DNA of 63,712 nt, counting the filler, from Pelomyxa schiedti (taxonomy: Eukaryota > Protista > Evosea), in NCBI GenBank assembly GCA_020536535.1. It is 9 parts of 9 records of this genome, joined end to end, with 100 filler letters (N's around TTAATTAATTAA, not from the genome) between each part and the next. Parts side by side here need not be neighbours in the genome. Positions count along the whole stretch, not along the records: positions 1 to 27,138 come from JAHLWZ010000071.1; 8 more parts are not named here. The stretch is one strand, 5' to 3'. Both the position numbers and the translations under genes were made by a program. Of the stretch, positions 13,601 to 27,238 are shown piece by piece; the first letter of the stretch is position 1; every line of letters begins with the position of its first letter. Under the pieces are notes generated by a model. It did no database searches, was not told where the DNA came from, and was given only the letters and a program-made list of their open reading frames with translations.

Positions 13601-16600
13601 TCCGTGTAACCATCAGGTATATTGGGTGGCCATATTTCTTCGGCATCAGGAGGTTCTTTATCGGGAAGAGCACTGAGAGTAGTCACATGATATAGAACAT
13701 GTAAAAGCGTTACGTACCATGGAACAAGGTATCCCTCTTTTCCATTATGAGATATAGGGTGGATAATTAAAAACAGTGACAATAGATTAACGAGAGCATC
13801 ATGGTCGGAAGCAGGGTATTGCCTCCAGATTTGATGAAGCCCTTCCTTGGAAAGGTACCCATTGGAAATCATTGTTGTCTTTTTAGGGTTATCTTTCTTT
13901 TTTAGGATAAAAAAACAACCTTAAAAGTAACGATTGTACTCATAAGACCTACATCCCGTAAGATAAAAACGTTAAAAACTCTGCATACTTGCAAGATACG
14001 CGGGATCCAAGACCACCAGATCCCCCAGGTTGGAATATGTACTTTCATAGTAAATAAGAGACCCAACTGAATGAAGAAATAGAGCTGCCTGAAAATTTGT
14101 TACACATAACCTCATCGTGCCTGTTTCAATACCTGCTTCAACTTTTGTTCATCACTGATACCTATCTGAGCCCCCCATTCCCTGAAAACTGACCATGTTA
14201 TGGTTTGAAGCCCTTTCTTGTGGGTAGTGATGTGCTTGTCAAGGCGAAGCCATGTACCAGGAATCTGCAGTGATTAAGTGGGCACACAACTTTGGAAGAC
14301 AAACTTTTTCCCGGAGTATCATATGTTTGGTTACAGCCGCTTTTATGATTTGTTCTTCAAGTGCAGGGAAGTTAGTTCCATCTTTGGCACAAACAGGAAC
14401 ACAGGCCATTGCGCCACCACTGACGCACCTATTCTCCCCTCAGTACAGAAAATATGTAGTGCAAGTACTACCTCAACTGCTTGTGTAGAGAAGCACACAG
14501 TTCGGTGGAACGTTCCATGCCCAGAGCATCTGCATGTGTACCTACTAGTATAACTGGTGGTGTAGGAGGACACTTGACTGTTTTTGCAATTTGTCTATTA
14601 ACTCAACAGTTGAGTTAAAGTAATAGCAAATTTGGTACCTTAACCAGTATTCAATCCTACGTGTATCAGGTTTTTCTAGATCAAATACAACGAGATATAG
14701 TGCGCGCCCAGTGAGGAAAAACTGTGGAATATAAGTGGCAGAAAAAAAAGAGGGGAGAATGCACTTGATGTGTTGGTAAAAAGACAGCTTGTCCTGGTAA
14801 CAATTAGAGAGAAGAAAAAATCGGTATTCAACCTCCAAAATCTAAATATACTCAGTAAGAACAGAAGTTAAAAGAGGGCAAGGTACCCCAAGCACTGAAG
14901 CTAACATCCTTTATATTCAAGTCAGAGATACATATTCCGTCAGTTGATATTCCATCATGCTGTTTGCCTTGAAAACGTTGCAATAGAGTCGTTTTGCCCA
15001 CATTTTCCTTTAAAAGTAAGTACAAACTACATAAAGGCAAGGATGCCCACCCGTCCAACAACAACAAGTTTTATCTTGTTCCACCGCGTTGTTGAAGACA
15101 TGCCCAACTCCTCTAGATAACTACTAAGTATAGTCTGGCTGCAGTCGTGGTATTGCTGTGGTAATTGTTCAAAGGGATTCGAACCATACAGTACTTTCCC
15201 AAAGGCAACGTGATGGGCAAGGGTATGAGGTAAGCTTTGAAGCTATGTCGAGGTAAATGTTGAATCAAAGGTACTATTGTGGGTGTACCTGGTTGTGCGA
15301 GCAATTAATATTCATCTGTATACAATCGCCTATGTTTTCAGGAAGCACAGTCAATTTATTGTACTCAACCTGCATGATGTTCATTGCGATATTTTAGCAG
15401 ATATTTTCTTACATTAAGCTCTGTCAAATTTTGTAATGAGCATATGGATGATGGTAATTCCGAAATGCGATTCCCTGCAACAATTAAATAACTACGGATT
15501 GGTGCCTTTCTCACATGATAAGTCCAAGGTTGACAGTGCTCGCAATTCTCCAATTTCCGTAGGAATAGAGACCAGCTTATTGTGTGACAAATTCAATTGT
15601 GTGAGTTGGCTGAGAGTAACAACTTGCTCTACGAATATGTAAGACAGTATAAATTTAAGTGTTTAGAAACTTGGAACTTCTTGTAGAGCAAGGAATGCCA
15701 GTGTATAAATGGGGCCATCTGGACTTGGTATGGGGGTGTCACCTAGAAGAAAAAATGAATAGTAGTTAGGCAGAGTACTCAACAGAACTTGGAGGATAAT
15801 CCAGGAGTGGCTCTAAAGGAGATTCACTCATAATTAATTTGTACGTAGGATTGAGATAGGAACTCCAATCTTTGACATCCATAAAATGGGTCATGAGGTA
15901 GTGAAAGGCCTTTGCATCCTCAAGAAGATTCGTAACTGTTTAATGGTAAGTTACTGGTTTGCCTTCGTTTTTGTCTGCACATAAGTAAAGTTGGAGAAAA
16001 TCTGCTAGAGTTGAGTCCAGAGCAAGAGCGTCATGTATTGCACAGTCAAGAGTGGAATAAAATTCTTCCGGAAGAGGGGTTGATTTTCGTTTTGATTGTT
16101 TTATAAATGGCTCAATTTTCTCCACCACAATACGTTGCAATTTTTGTGGGGCATCAGGAAGTGTTTTTTTCCAACTTTGTCTACAGAAGAAATCGGAGAG
16201 GAAAGAGAAAGTCAAGTCGGTACCTTCTGTTATGAATTGCACAGTATAACACATCTTCAAACAAGGATTTCAATCCTTCTCCACCATCACGTGGAGCCAC
16301 TCTCACAAGATTTACAGTGTGTTCTTCCATTGTTTCCAAAATTTGTAGCAGTTCACTCCAACTAACAGGACCCCGCTTTTCCAATATACCTGCATCAATG
16401 TCTAATACAGATGCTCTTTTGAGTGCACTTGACCTCACACTCAGCAAAGCTGTTGCAGTTGATGCTGCTGAAGCGACTGCTGCCATTGCAGCTGCCAAAG
16501 CATCCTCCCCTTCACCAGAAAGGCTGCTAGTCTCATCAGACAGAGGCGCCTCTGGTACAGTGGTGTTGGCAATGACGGTGCCAATTCCCGAGGAAGAAAT

Positions 16601-17468
16601 CCCAGTCTTCCATTGAAGTGCGAGCTCAACGTCACATAGGATAATGGCAAGCTTACATCTGGACGGACATGCATCGCGTATAGCCTGAATACGTGACTCC
16701 AGCAATGAAAAGGCATTACGATCAAGCAGGCTCAGTAGAAGTACTACGGCAACATTATCTCCGCTTCCCACCACTCCACTTACAGTTGCGGCTTGACTTC
16801 CCCACAAGGTAGAATAGGTAGAAGCTGCTACCCCAGTCCCAGAAGACCACATCAAAGATAAGGATGATGCGGAGGCAGGAACTGATGCAGAAGAAATTCT
16901 TGCTGACGGTGGAGGAGGGGATCCAGAGCTGCCAGTTAGTTCTTGCCTCTGCTGTTGATGTTGCACCATTGCCGCATGATGTAGTACCAGCTGGCACCTC
17001 TTTCCATTCACAGTGACAGTTTTGGTGCACTGAGAAAACTCTATAAAGTACCAAAACATTGTAGCCCGAAGGTTAATTCCCAAACAGTAGTTTCCCATAA
17101 CCATAATAATACAATAACAACAACAACAAAGCCAAATGACTGACCTGTTTTTACGTTGAAGTCTTTAGAACCGGTGGTGTACTCTATCAACAGCGACTTT
17201 GCCAACGCGTCGTTGTCACTGACAAACAACAAAGTTGCCTGTTCAACGGACGTCGAATCGAACGCCTTGCTGATGTTGATATCTGAAAACGTTGACTTGG
17301 AGGCAAGCCTCTGAAACATCGATGCCTGTTTTCAAAGAAGGTGGTCACCATTCATCCCCAGAAAAATAAAACAACACTTGAGGAAAAGAATGGAAAAAAA
17401 TAAATGAATGGGTGTTTAAAAAAACCAATAGAAAGAAAACAACGAAATAGTGATACCTTGATGTCCAT
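7685..17468 (-). CDS. Roco-family kinase: degenerate Rho-like domain, LRR, Roc, COR, TKL kinase, beta-rich region, C1 domain
   Basis: LRRs (GNRISELPSSICSLQNLTELNV) lie at ~15.3-15.7 kb. The Roc domain reads KIKLLLLDG|ENVGKTTLL ... SAW|DFGG ... FFLTGRALYLVVFDL, followed by a COR region. The kinase has GGFGKVYKA, VAVKEL, HR|DLRSPN, D|FG and WLAPEV. The C1 domain reads HHFVLHSFGRFTYCK...CKYPCHKGC. Confidence 0.9.
10686..13199. repeat. ~1.2 kb near-identical direct duplication either side of a 100-N gap (probable uncollapsed haplotypes)
   Basis: 10686..11890 matches 11991..13199 with scattered SNPs and small indels. Both copies abut the gap at 11891-11990. Confidence 0.9.
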
Positions 17469-17860
17469 CGCCTCTGTTTTTTAAATTCCGCTGCCCTTTA
17501 TGGTTCGTTGAATTCTGATTAACTCAGAGAAATCGCTAAGAATTGACCACAACACTTTTCCTCCATTGGAGGCACCACACTGTCACGTTGTTTTCTAGTG
17601 CTGCTCTTAAGGAGCACTCCTGGGATTCCCAGAAGATGTGATGCCTGTTAAAACGAAGTCAAAAAACAAAAATGATGAAGGAGAGACAGCGTTTGCCGGC
17701 TACGAGGATTTATAAACAAAATTGTAACCAACAACTACATTAAATAATAAACACACTTGTTAAACGACACCAACCAATTCTCAACATACCGTTAAATACT
17801 AAACAAAACACCCCACACTTCACCCCAACACCCAAACACACCCACACAAGATCTTGGCAC

Positions 17861-20348
17861 ATGAGGAACTCCGTTTTGTTGTTGGCCATCACTCTGAGCC
17901 TGGTGCTTGTTGGACGAGGAGCCGTTGCAGCGGCGACTGGTGGGATCGTCTTGCCGGACGTTCTGCCGGATGAATCACCCTCCGAGAGAGCAGCAAAGAG
18001 AGATCTCACGGCGGCGCCCGATCAGCAGCGAGCCCAAGATCTTGCTTCACAGGGCGAGCCCGACGCCGACTTCGACAAGATCATCCTCGACGAGTTGCAG
18101 GCGATTACGGACGCTGACACGGACAAAGTGCTCTACAGTTTCGCGTTTCCTGAGCCAAAGGCCGATACCACTTTCGACGTGACTACCGAGGAGGCCGTGT
18201 TCACGCCTGAAGACATGAACTTCATGGACAGATTCCCGCACCACGTTCACACCCACGACTCGTTGTGCCCTTTCTGGTCCACTATTGTGGTATGCTGTTG
18301 TATGCCCTTTCCTGTATCTCGTCTAATCTTCATTGCAGAACGGTGATTACGTCGCTGCAGGCGTTGGGATGCGAGATAGATCCACTGGTACTATCGTGAT
18401 ATCAGGCATTCCTGTCTGCTCTGAGATACAGCGAGCGTTCTTGTTCTGGATTGAACTTTCTTATAAAAACTGCACCCCTTGGGCCGCTGCCCATGTTCAC
18501 ATCAACGGACACCCAATAAGAGGTATTTGCTTTCTTTACTATCTTCAAAGTCTAACCCCCTCAGGAAGCCTTATTGGAGTCAGCAGAGACCCTTGCTGGT
18601 GGACAGAGGAGTCCTACGTGTTTGCAGCTGATGTTACACCGTGGGTGACTGGAAATGGTCCGCAGTTCCTCAGTGGATTCCCAGTGTCTGGAGATGCGCC
18701 TTTGAACGAGGGAGCTTCACTTGTAGTTGTTTACAAGCGGGCCAACTTACCAAGACGAGCAATTACCATGTATCCTGCTCTCCCAAGTTTAATCTTTTTC
18801 TTACAATCCGTATCATAACAGCTATGCTGGTGCCAACACAATTGACGAAAGTGTTTCGTTTGCGTATACATTCCTACATGTACCATCAATCTGCAATAAT
18901 AACTTCTATCAATCTGTCCAGACAACGTAACCGTTTTAAACTTCTAAACATACCACACTCACTTTCAACAGGTACATCGTCGGCGATGGACAAACGGTAT
19001 CAATTTCACTCCATTGGGCTTACCTTTTTACTCTTTTATAGTGTTTCTCTGATTGGGCCATATTCGATTCTCAATTCTATCCAAGTCCGCCGAAACTTGC
19101 TCTTTTTTTGTACTAAATTCTCCTCAGATGCATTTGATATGACTGAGGGACCTTATATGGACACGGTTACTATTCCTGTAACTCCTTTCGTATCCAGCGG
19201 GCAAAATAGTATCGCCCTGCATCGTTCAATCAATTGTAACTTCCAAACAAGCTGTTTTCACTGCTATTTCAAGAGGAGTCGACTGCCTTACATGGGCTGC
19301 TCAAGTACAAGAAACTACTATTCTGTACAGCCCCTTATCCATGTAGGTCTTCAGCGCACCTTACTGCGGTTTCACGAATGCTGCTCCTCTGGATCCCTGT
19401 TGTTCTCGAGTCCGAGATTACATTGACCAAGTAAGTATCTGTAATGGCCTCCTTGTTGATTAATTTCTTTTCAGATAGTATTCGTTGCACAAGAGCGACT
19501 ACATACGGGCTGTTTGCACATCAATGACATCTACCAGGTAGATTAACAAGTCCGCTTTCACTTTGTGATTCTCATCCTAAACTACAGGCCTGCTCCGAAT
19601 GCTGGCTACAAGGACCAAAGTACGAACAACCCAATTACACAAATTCATCAAATCAACTGACCGCTATGTTCATAGCGAACTGTGCGGAACTCCATGCCTC
19701 AATCCAATAGCCACAATCAAGGCAGAGTACGAATCTGAAGTCCGGGCGGCCAAGGGACAGTTCCTCCACACCTGCGACGCCAGGGTACATTCGCCCCCCA
19801 AACCCCGCATCCATATAATCTAACCCCGAAATGCAGAACGACGCCATGGTGACAATAGCAGAGCACTACAAGGGGATGCTGACTTCGATTTGCAGTCTCC
19901 GCCAAGCCGCAGCGTTGCTCCGTGCCTTTGGTGAAGAGGTAAGCCTACCCACCCCTAAGGCTGTGCGATACTAACCCAGTGTGATATTACAGATAGAACA
20001 GTTGATCCAGGATGTGCCCCTGACCACCCTCCAAATCAACGTGTTCAACGCCGGACAAACGGTGTGTATCACCGCGTATCACTCTTTACTATTCACTAAC
20101 ACACACCCGCAGGCACTCCAGTCCAGCTGCGCAGCCGTCTACGACTCTCAGATATGCGTAGGCAGACAAGACCAGGTTACAATCCCACATGGCATCACGC
20201 AGAATTACTAACCACACAACTCAAACAGTGCGTGGTTACTGGGCCACAATCCTACACCAACTCACAACTGAGCCTCAACGACGCCAAGTACATCGTAGAC
20301 CAGACCGTTGAGCTCTACGCCAACGCCCTCCAGCAGACCTGCCATTAA
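17861..20348 (+). CDS. Secreted protein with a prokaryote-type DUF3344-like beta domain and a Cys-containing C-terminus (multi-exon)
   Basis: Signal peptide MRNSVLLLAITLSLVLVGRGAVAA. Motifs GDYVAAGVGMR, GTIVISGIP...RAFLFW, DPCW...ADVTPWVTGNG and EGASLVVVY recall bacterial/archaeal surface proteins. Confidence 0.6.
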
Positions 20349-20437
20349 CCCCACATACCATTAACCCCACCACCCTCTTGCCTCTGAAACAATCAGAAAT
20401 ATTAATGGATTCCATCATTGTTCACAAAAAGAGGATT

Positions 20438-23400
20438 ATGACAACAGGCAGCAACAACAGCGACGATGTGGGCGAGCAGCGGATTGGGGGGTTGCTCCTT
20501 ATGACGCTGGAGGCGGACCATGGGCGCCGCGGGGAGGCTGAGGCCGCGCTGAGCTCCCTGTCGTCCCACAACACCCCTGCTCTCCTTGCCGCTCTAGATG
20601 TATGTGTGTGTATGTGTGTATGTGCGTTATATTGGGAGTGTGTCACATGTTCTCTCTCTCTGTGTGTATATCTTGGGCTACCTCTCTATCATCACTCCTT
20701 GTATTTGGATGGAGACTATCATCGCACTGTTTTTAACTTTTTGGGGGTGGCATCGTGTTTGAATTAGGCTAAACTTGCTTTGTTAGGGTATCATTAGTAG
20801 GAGAGGTGATTCCAGTGTTAGTGTGTCTCTTCGGCTGGCTGCTGCTATTGCATTCAAGAGAATAGTGGATTCTCTGTGGGTCTCATCAAGACAAAAGTAC
20901 ACACTCTCACGTTATGTGATATTTCCCTCACTATTGCAACAAGTATCACTTATATTCCGGACGAACAAAAGGAACTTATCAGGCGGCGTTTACTGCTGCA
21001 TTTTGATGAACCTTCGAAACCAGTAATTCTCTCTTGACTTTATACGTCCCGCGGCCTTATACCCTTTTCGTCTTTGTTAAAAAAAGGTTGCAACACAACT
21101 AGCACTTGCTGTTGCACAAATATCTCGGTCTGATTTCCCCAAGCATTGGCCAACACTCTTAACTTCCCTCTTGGGTGTTATCACCAACCCAAGTTCACAA
21201 ACTTCAACACAACCACTTTCAAATACCACCCCTGCTTGTAGAGCTCTTTTCTTCTTGTATCATGTAGTATCTGTTTTGGCCTCCAGGAATCTTCCGGCCG
21301 ACAGACGGGCATTTTGCAATGTTTTCAATTACCCATAGTGTTCCTGCTCACTAACTGTAGATAACCCGAGAATACTTTCCCGTCGCTCATCAATTGTGGT
21401 TACAGGCTACTGAATATGTGTTAAACAATGCTGCTACTCAACAAAATCAACCCCAACTTTATCATATCGCAGGAGAAATGTCGGTCCTTTCATTTAAAGT
21501 CTTGCGGAGGTTATCATCTCCTCTTTAGTATCCCCTTAAATATTATGTAGGTTCATTGTATGGGGGATAACCGATTTCACAAATGATGCAACTGCAAAGG
21601 AATTTTTTAGCCGGGTTTACCACTTATTAGTATCCCTTGTTCGAGTGAGTGAGTACCCGTTGTTTTCTGATGACTAGACTATTTTGCTCACACTGTTAGA
21701 AAATACTATTGCACATCACGAGGAAGACCCAATTGAGGAACTGTTACTACAAGTAGCAAAACTAGTATTACAGGCATACAAGAAGGTACTCTCTATTAAC
21801 TTCTTGCTGGTTGAATCAATTATCAAAGCAACCACTTGGATTTGTTCCGTACCTGGGTCCATTCATGGAATACTACCATGTTCAACTTTGTTCACCTGGC
21901 ACGGCTGTGTTCCAAATCCAAAAATTCAAGTTGCTATGTCTACATTTATTGAAGGTAGTAGGCACTCTCTTGTGCATCAGTCCAACAACACCTCACACAA
22001 AAAAGCAAGCATTACATTTCTGCAAATACACCTCGGAGTTCTGGAAACCACTGAACTCCTCAGACAGTCCTCCACAAGCACTAGTGGATATGATTTCTGT
22101 AGTCAATCAGGTTTTCAGGTCTCCTTCTTTCTTTCATCGATTTTCCTAAGAAACCTCAGTGGAACTAGAGTGACTGAGATCTTCAATTCAATTATTGCTT
22201 GTATTACTATTACACAAACTGAAATGGAGGAGTGGTTGGCCGATCCAGAAGCCTACATTGCTGAACAAACTGGAGGGACATGGGAGTTCAGTGTGAAGGT
22301 AGAAATAAAAGGAGAGGATTTACTCTTTATCAATTACATTAGCCTTGTGCGGAAGCTCTATTCCTTACATTGATGCAACACAATCCCACTGACTTATGTG
22401 CTGCAGTTTTACCTGTTATACTTCCTGTCATCTCTCAACCTGGTATTTTATTTGGGAGTTCTATGAAGTTAATTGATCCCTTTAGTTCAAGACAATTGGC
22501 AGACAGTACTGCACCGGGAAGCCATATACAACATAGTTGGACTAGCACCCCATGAACTCTCAAATCACATCACCTTCACCCAACTATTCAATCGGTGGGG
22601 TCAAGACTTTTCTCAAAATGAGCCTTGGTCAGCTTTTTATTTATTTGCTTGACTTAACTTCCACTAAAGGTCTGGTATACTGAGAAGACGCATTGTATGG
22701 GCCATTGGTAAATGGATTTTGCTCATTCCACGGGCAATGCGCCATCAGGTACCTGATTGAAGAAGAAACAAACAATTGAAAAAAAAAAGATTTATCAGTT
22801 AGTGGTTCCTTTGATACAGGCGCCTGAAACTGCACTTGCCCTTACATCCCTGTTCACTCTTAGACACAGTACACTCTTACTTTTCCTCATTTCATTTCTA
22901 ACTCATCTTCAGTTGTGGATGATATCAAATTTGAAGTTGGGATTTTTCTTCCTTTCCTGGAGGCTGTTATGACTGGAATCTTCAGATTAATTGACAATAC
23001 AAAAGAAGGCTCCACAAAACTTAAGCTTTTGGGTGTTATGAACGTTCTCGTTATCCAAGTTGGAGATAAGGTTGGATTCTTACTACTTGTGTCCAAGCCA
23101 TTTCATATGGTCATTAGATTGTACCCTATTGCAACAAAATTTTGGAGTACCTCTCAAAACTGTGGCAAGCTTCCACTACAGAGAACTTCCTGCGGACGAC
23201 TGTATTAGAAGCTATGACGTCACTTTCCACAGTAATTAGAGAGTTCCCAGCAATGAAATTCTTACGGTATTTGTAGTGTGTGGGCACTAGTGTGCTACAG
23301 CAGATGGGTTCGGTTATTTATGCTATTTTGCAGTACACTACCGATCCAGATTGCCCGGAACAAGTATTCTTGCTTGAAGATGCACTGCAATTGTGGCACA

Positions 23401-24680
23401 CTGTTTTGATACAAGTTTCTTCAAAAATTCAAATCGGTTGAACTTACTCACTGCCAGACATCCACCTGCCCACCAGAATTACTGCAGCTGTACCCAAGAT
23501 TACCGAAAATCATGGAGGCCACAACAGAGCATTCAGAGTTGTGCTCTAAAATTGCTTTTGTTTATGTTATGATCGGTGGACCCGCCTTTGTTGACGTATG
23601 TAATGAAGTCCCTTGCCACTCTTACCTGGTGTAGACATACGGGGGTCTGTTTGTTTCATCCACATGCCAACTGATGAATAGTGTAGCTGATGAAGCAGTT
23701 CAATATCTACTTCAGCCTATGACTCGACTCATTGAGTTGCTTCCTCCTAGATGCCTAACGCAAGGTGCCTTTGTGTTCTTGGTCTTCTTTTGTAGTAATG
23801 AATGGTGTTAGATAGCGCAGGGTTCTTGGCCCCTCTTCTCCAAACTCTTGTTCCGCGCTTTTTGAATGATCAGGTACTTTGTCCAGAATCCATGTCTTCA
23901 CTCTTTTACTTTGATAGGATTCCAACTCTGCTTGTATTCAAGAAATGTGCATCTTTTCTTGGCTACTGCTTAACAATCCCGGTTTCTTTCATGCATACTT
24001 GAAGAGTCTCCCTACCTCACCAGAGTCCTACACTGTAAAATTCTTGACGCACTGGTTTGAAAAGGTTGACTGCAGCCTCGAATTCTAAGTTTAATCTACA
24101 TCCAGACTGAAAATATTGGAGACCTGAAAGCTATAAAACTCAATGCCCTCGCCCTATGTAATTTGCTACTATTGCCGGACCCATCTCTCCTCAGTTTTCT
24201 AGGTAAAACTCCTCATTCCCGAACACAAAATAAGTGATACCCACTCACCACCACACAACAGAGGATATTCTGAGCTATGTGTCCTTTGCCCTTTCACTGA
24301 TATCGAACCACCAGTCAGACACTGTGGAGGAGTGAGTACCAATTGAATTATCACCCTTATTTTGAGTCGAGAAAACACTCTGATTGGGTTCACATACCTA
24401 TAGGCTTCTAGGTGAACCAGCCGAAGGTGCCTCTGGTGGTGCATTCAACACTTCAGTTGTCAATGTAATTCCCGATTCCGCCCCGAGTCGTTCCACTCGA
24501 CTAACTTACAACTAGCTGTGCCGAAACAGTGTGATTGTGAGGGCTGACCTGCGGAATTTCCTCACAGAGGCAATGAACCAGAGTGCACAGGTTCACACCC
24601 CCACTGTTTTCAAGCAGGCACTGGACTCTGTGGACCCCATTGTGATCTCACACATTCAGTCAAGCCCATCCCGATCTTAA
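20438..24680 (+). CDS. IPO11: Importin-11 / Kap120-like karyopherin-beta (multi-exon)
   Basis: RLAAAIAFKRIVDSLW (IBN_N), ISRSDFPKHWPTLL, EMEEWLADPEAY, ILRRRIVWAIGKW and VFLLEDALQLW are typical of the importin-11 group. Confidence 0.8.
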
Positions 24681-25461
24681 CTAAGTTACATTGACAGCAT
24701 CCCCTATTCACCAAAACAATAAAAAAGAACCGTTCTCAACAAAATCGGCCAACTCAAAAATCCCATAATTAACAACTACATAAATTCAAAACACAAGTCG
24801 CCGAAAGATCACCTCGAGTTTCTGTGGAAACACCCAAATGCAGGTTCACAGCGTTGCATTGCACGACGTAAGACCACTTTCATGGCACTCAAACAATGTC
24901 TCAATGACTGGTACCTAAATTTGGCTTCAAAAATGTCGTGCCCAAAACCAGGTTTTTGCTGCACAATCCACCTCCACCTCTGCTGCATGTACTTCTATCA
25001 AGTACACAAGCGCAGACATGAGAGATGCATACAGTATCAAAGAGAAACATGAAACAGGAGGAGTGGAACAGTAAGTATGCTCCATCAAAAAATTTGGTCC
25101 TCGAAACAGGCCGGGAGCTGGACATACTTCAGCAACCTCCTGAGCAAGGCTGAGTTCGTGTACTTTGTGGAAGTACACACTGCTGCTGTCCCAGGACGTA
25201 AGTGAAACTCTTGCAGGCTTTTTATCCTCTCACTTCCCCAGAGTATGTTTGATGTGGACTTTTGGCTATGTTTGACTGAAACCCTCAAACTATGGTACCA
25301 CGTATACAACTGACTGCCTATTACATTGGTGGACTTGCTGTAGAAGATTCATCGTGTGCCATTGGTTAATTTTCCTACACTGAAGCTGTGAAGTGATGGA
25401 AAGATTACTGGTGCTTTCTTTGTTGATTGAGATGGTTGTAGGGTCTTGTTTGTAACACGGA

Positions 25462-27138
25462 ATGGAGGACACTGACTCGGAGTACGTGACCGACTCGGAC
25501 GAGGAGTTGCATGGCAGCGACGAAGGTGCCGCGGACGACGAGGACACAGACCCGCAGCGCGGCGCGTCGCACAGTGGTGGGCGAGGGAGCAAAGGACCTG
25601 GGCCCGGGGCTGCGACCAGCACAACTACCACGAGCAGCACCACGCAGGCGGCCGCGACTGGCGCGCGGGGCCCGCAGGGGGTGCAGCGGGAGGCCGCAGA
25701 GGGCTGGGGCGGGCAGGGGCGGGGTGTGGGCCGAGACGATGGCCTACTTGTCCGGCAAGGAAGTGCGCCCTGACGATATGTTCATCACGTGCAAGGCTGT
25801 GGAGGGTACCCCGGCGCCTCATTCCAAGGAAGCAATTCAACATGACGCCGATCGTGTATATAATGCTGTTTGTGCATCAGGAAACTTACCGACTTACCTG
25901 GATGGGGGTATGGGCTGTAAATGTGCATAACAATAGAATATATTATATATATATATATTTCATTCCATTCTCAGGTTCTAAAATTAACATTTCATTAGAA
26001 TATGTTTGTCCTTCTCTAAATGATCGCTATTCTTTTCAACCCTCGCCAGAACTAATAGAATACTTCTTTCAGCATGTATGACTTTAAAGCTATTTCTTTC
26101 TTTTGTAACTTTTATGCAGCTTACAACTGACTATGGCTTGATAAAAACCGATGATACCCCAAGACTGTTCCAGAGAGTCCTATCTGATTTTTTTCAGCCT
26201 TTTCATTTTGATCAGTTTCATAAGCCACTTATCCAGGAGAAATACATAGCTTCTGTGCTAGAGTATCAATGCCATTTTCTACAAGAAACTTATTCCATAA
26301 AGGGCATGCTCACCAAAACGAGTCCCATGTGGCTTTTATAATCAACCCTTTTTCCAAAGGGATACACCCGCGGATCTCCTTAGGCGATTGCGATTCTACA
26401 CTCACAACTTTGACATTACTGCAGCAATTACTTCCAAGGACAAAATCGGCAGTTCCTCCCAGACCTCCAAGCAGCACACTCCACACCTGCGTGGGCCTCA
26501 ACAAAAATCTGTAGTGGTAGCTCCCCCAACTTCCACTCAACCTAGAGAGACCCCTGCTCAACAAAAACTTCCGCGCCCTCCTCAATATGCTGTGCGGCAC
26601 GCAATGAGTACTGATCAAGAACATCCTGTGAAGTCTAAGTCCGCTTCTTCTACGTTCAGTGATTTGATGAATACGCTGACTGAGCTTGACAAGAAGGACG
26701 ACGAGACCCTAGCAGAGATGAATGAGGCTTTTGGCCAGGTTAGTGACACCCAGACACAAGCTGTGAAAAATATGCTCGACGCAAATAGCAAGGCAATCGA
26801 CGCGCTTCAACAATCAAGTGCGAAGGCTGCAACAATTGTGACAAAGACCACCACACACATGAAAACCTCCAACCAGGCAAAGACCACGGTGTTGAAAACC
26901 CTCCTCCAACAATTTTACAAACCATAAAGACTAACTTCAATAAAATGGTATTGGAATTGAAAAGAACTTTTCTTTCTTTCTTACAGCTTATCAAGGAACC
27001 TATCAAGTGGTGGGATACCCTCAGCAAGACCCTTGCGTTGTCTGACTTGTGCAATGACTTGGGCAATCTTGGTGGTGCCATCGAATGGGTCTCCCTGAAT
27101 GATGGCCCAGTGGTCAAACACGCACTGTGGGAAGGCCT
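25462..27138 (+). CDS. Hypothetical gene(s), truncated by linker; acidic GC-rich first exon and coiled-coil-like exon
   Basis: ORFs 25462-25930 and 26388-26927 look coding. No family was recognised. Confidence 0.35.
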
Positions 27139-27238
27139 NNNNNNNNNNNNNNNNNNNNNNNNNNNNNNNNNNNNNNNNNNNNTTAATTAATTAANNNNNN
27201 NNNNNNNNNNNNNNNNNNNNNNNNNNNNNNNNNNNNNN
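27139..27238. other. Artificial contig-join linker N44-TTAATTAATTAA-N44 (also at 28301, 30748, 31899, 46835, 48875, 50051, 51228)
   Basis: The same 12-mer, which has stops in all six frames, is centred in 100-nt N blocks eight times. Confidence 0.95.
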
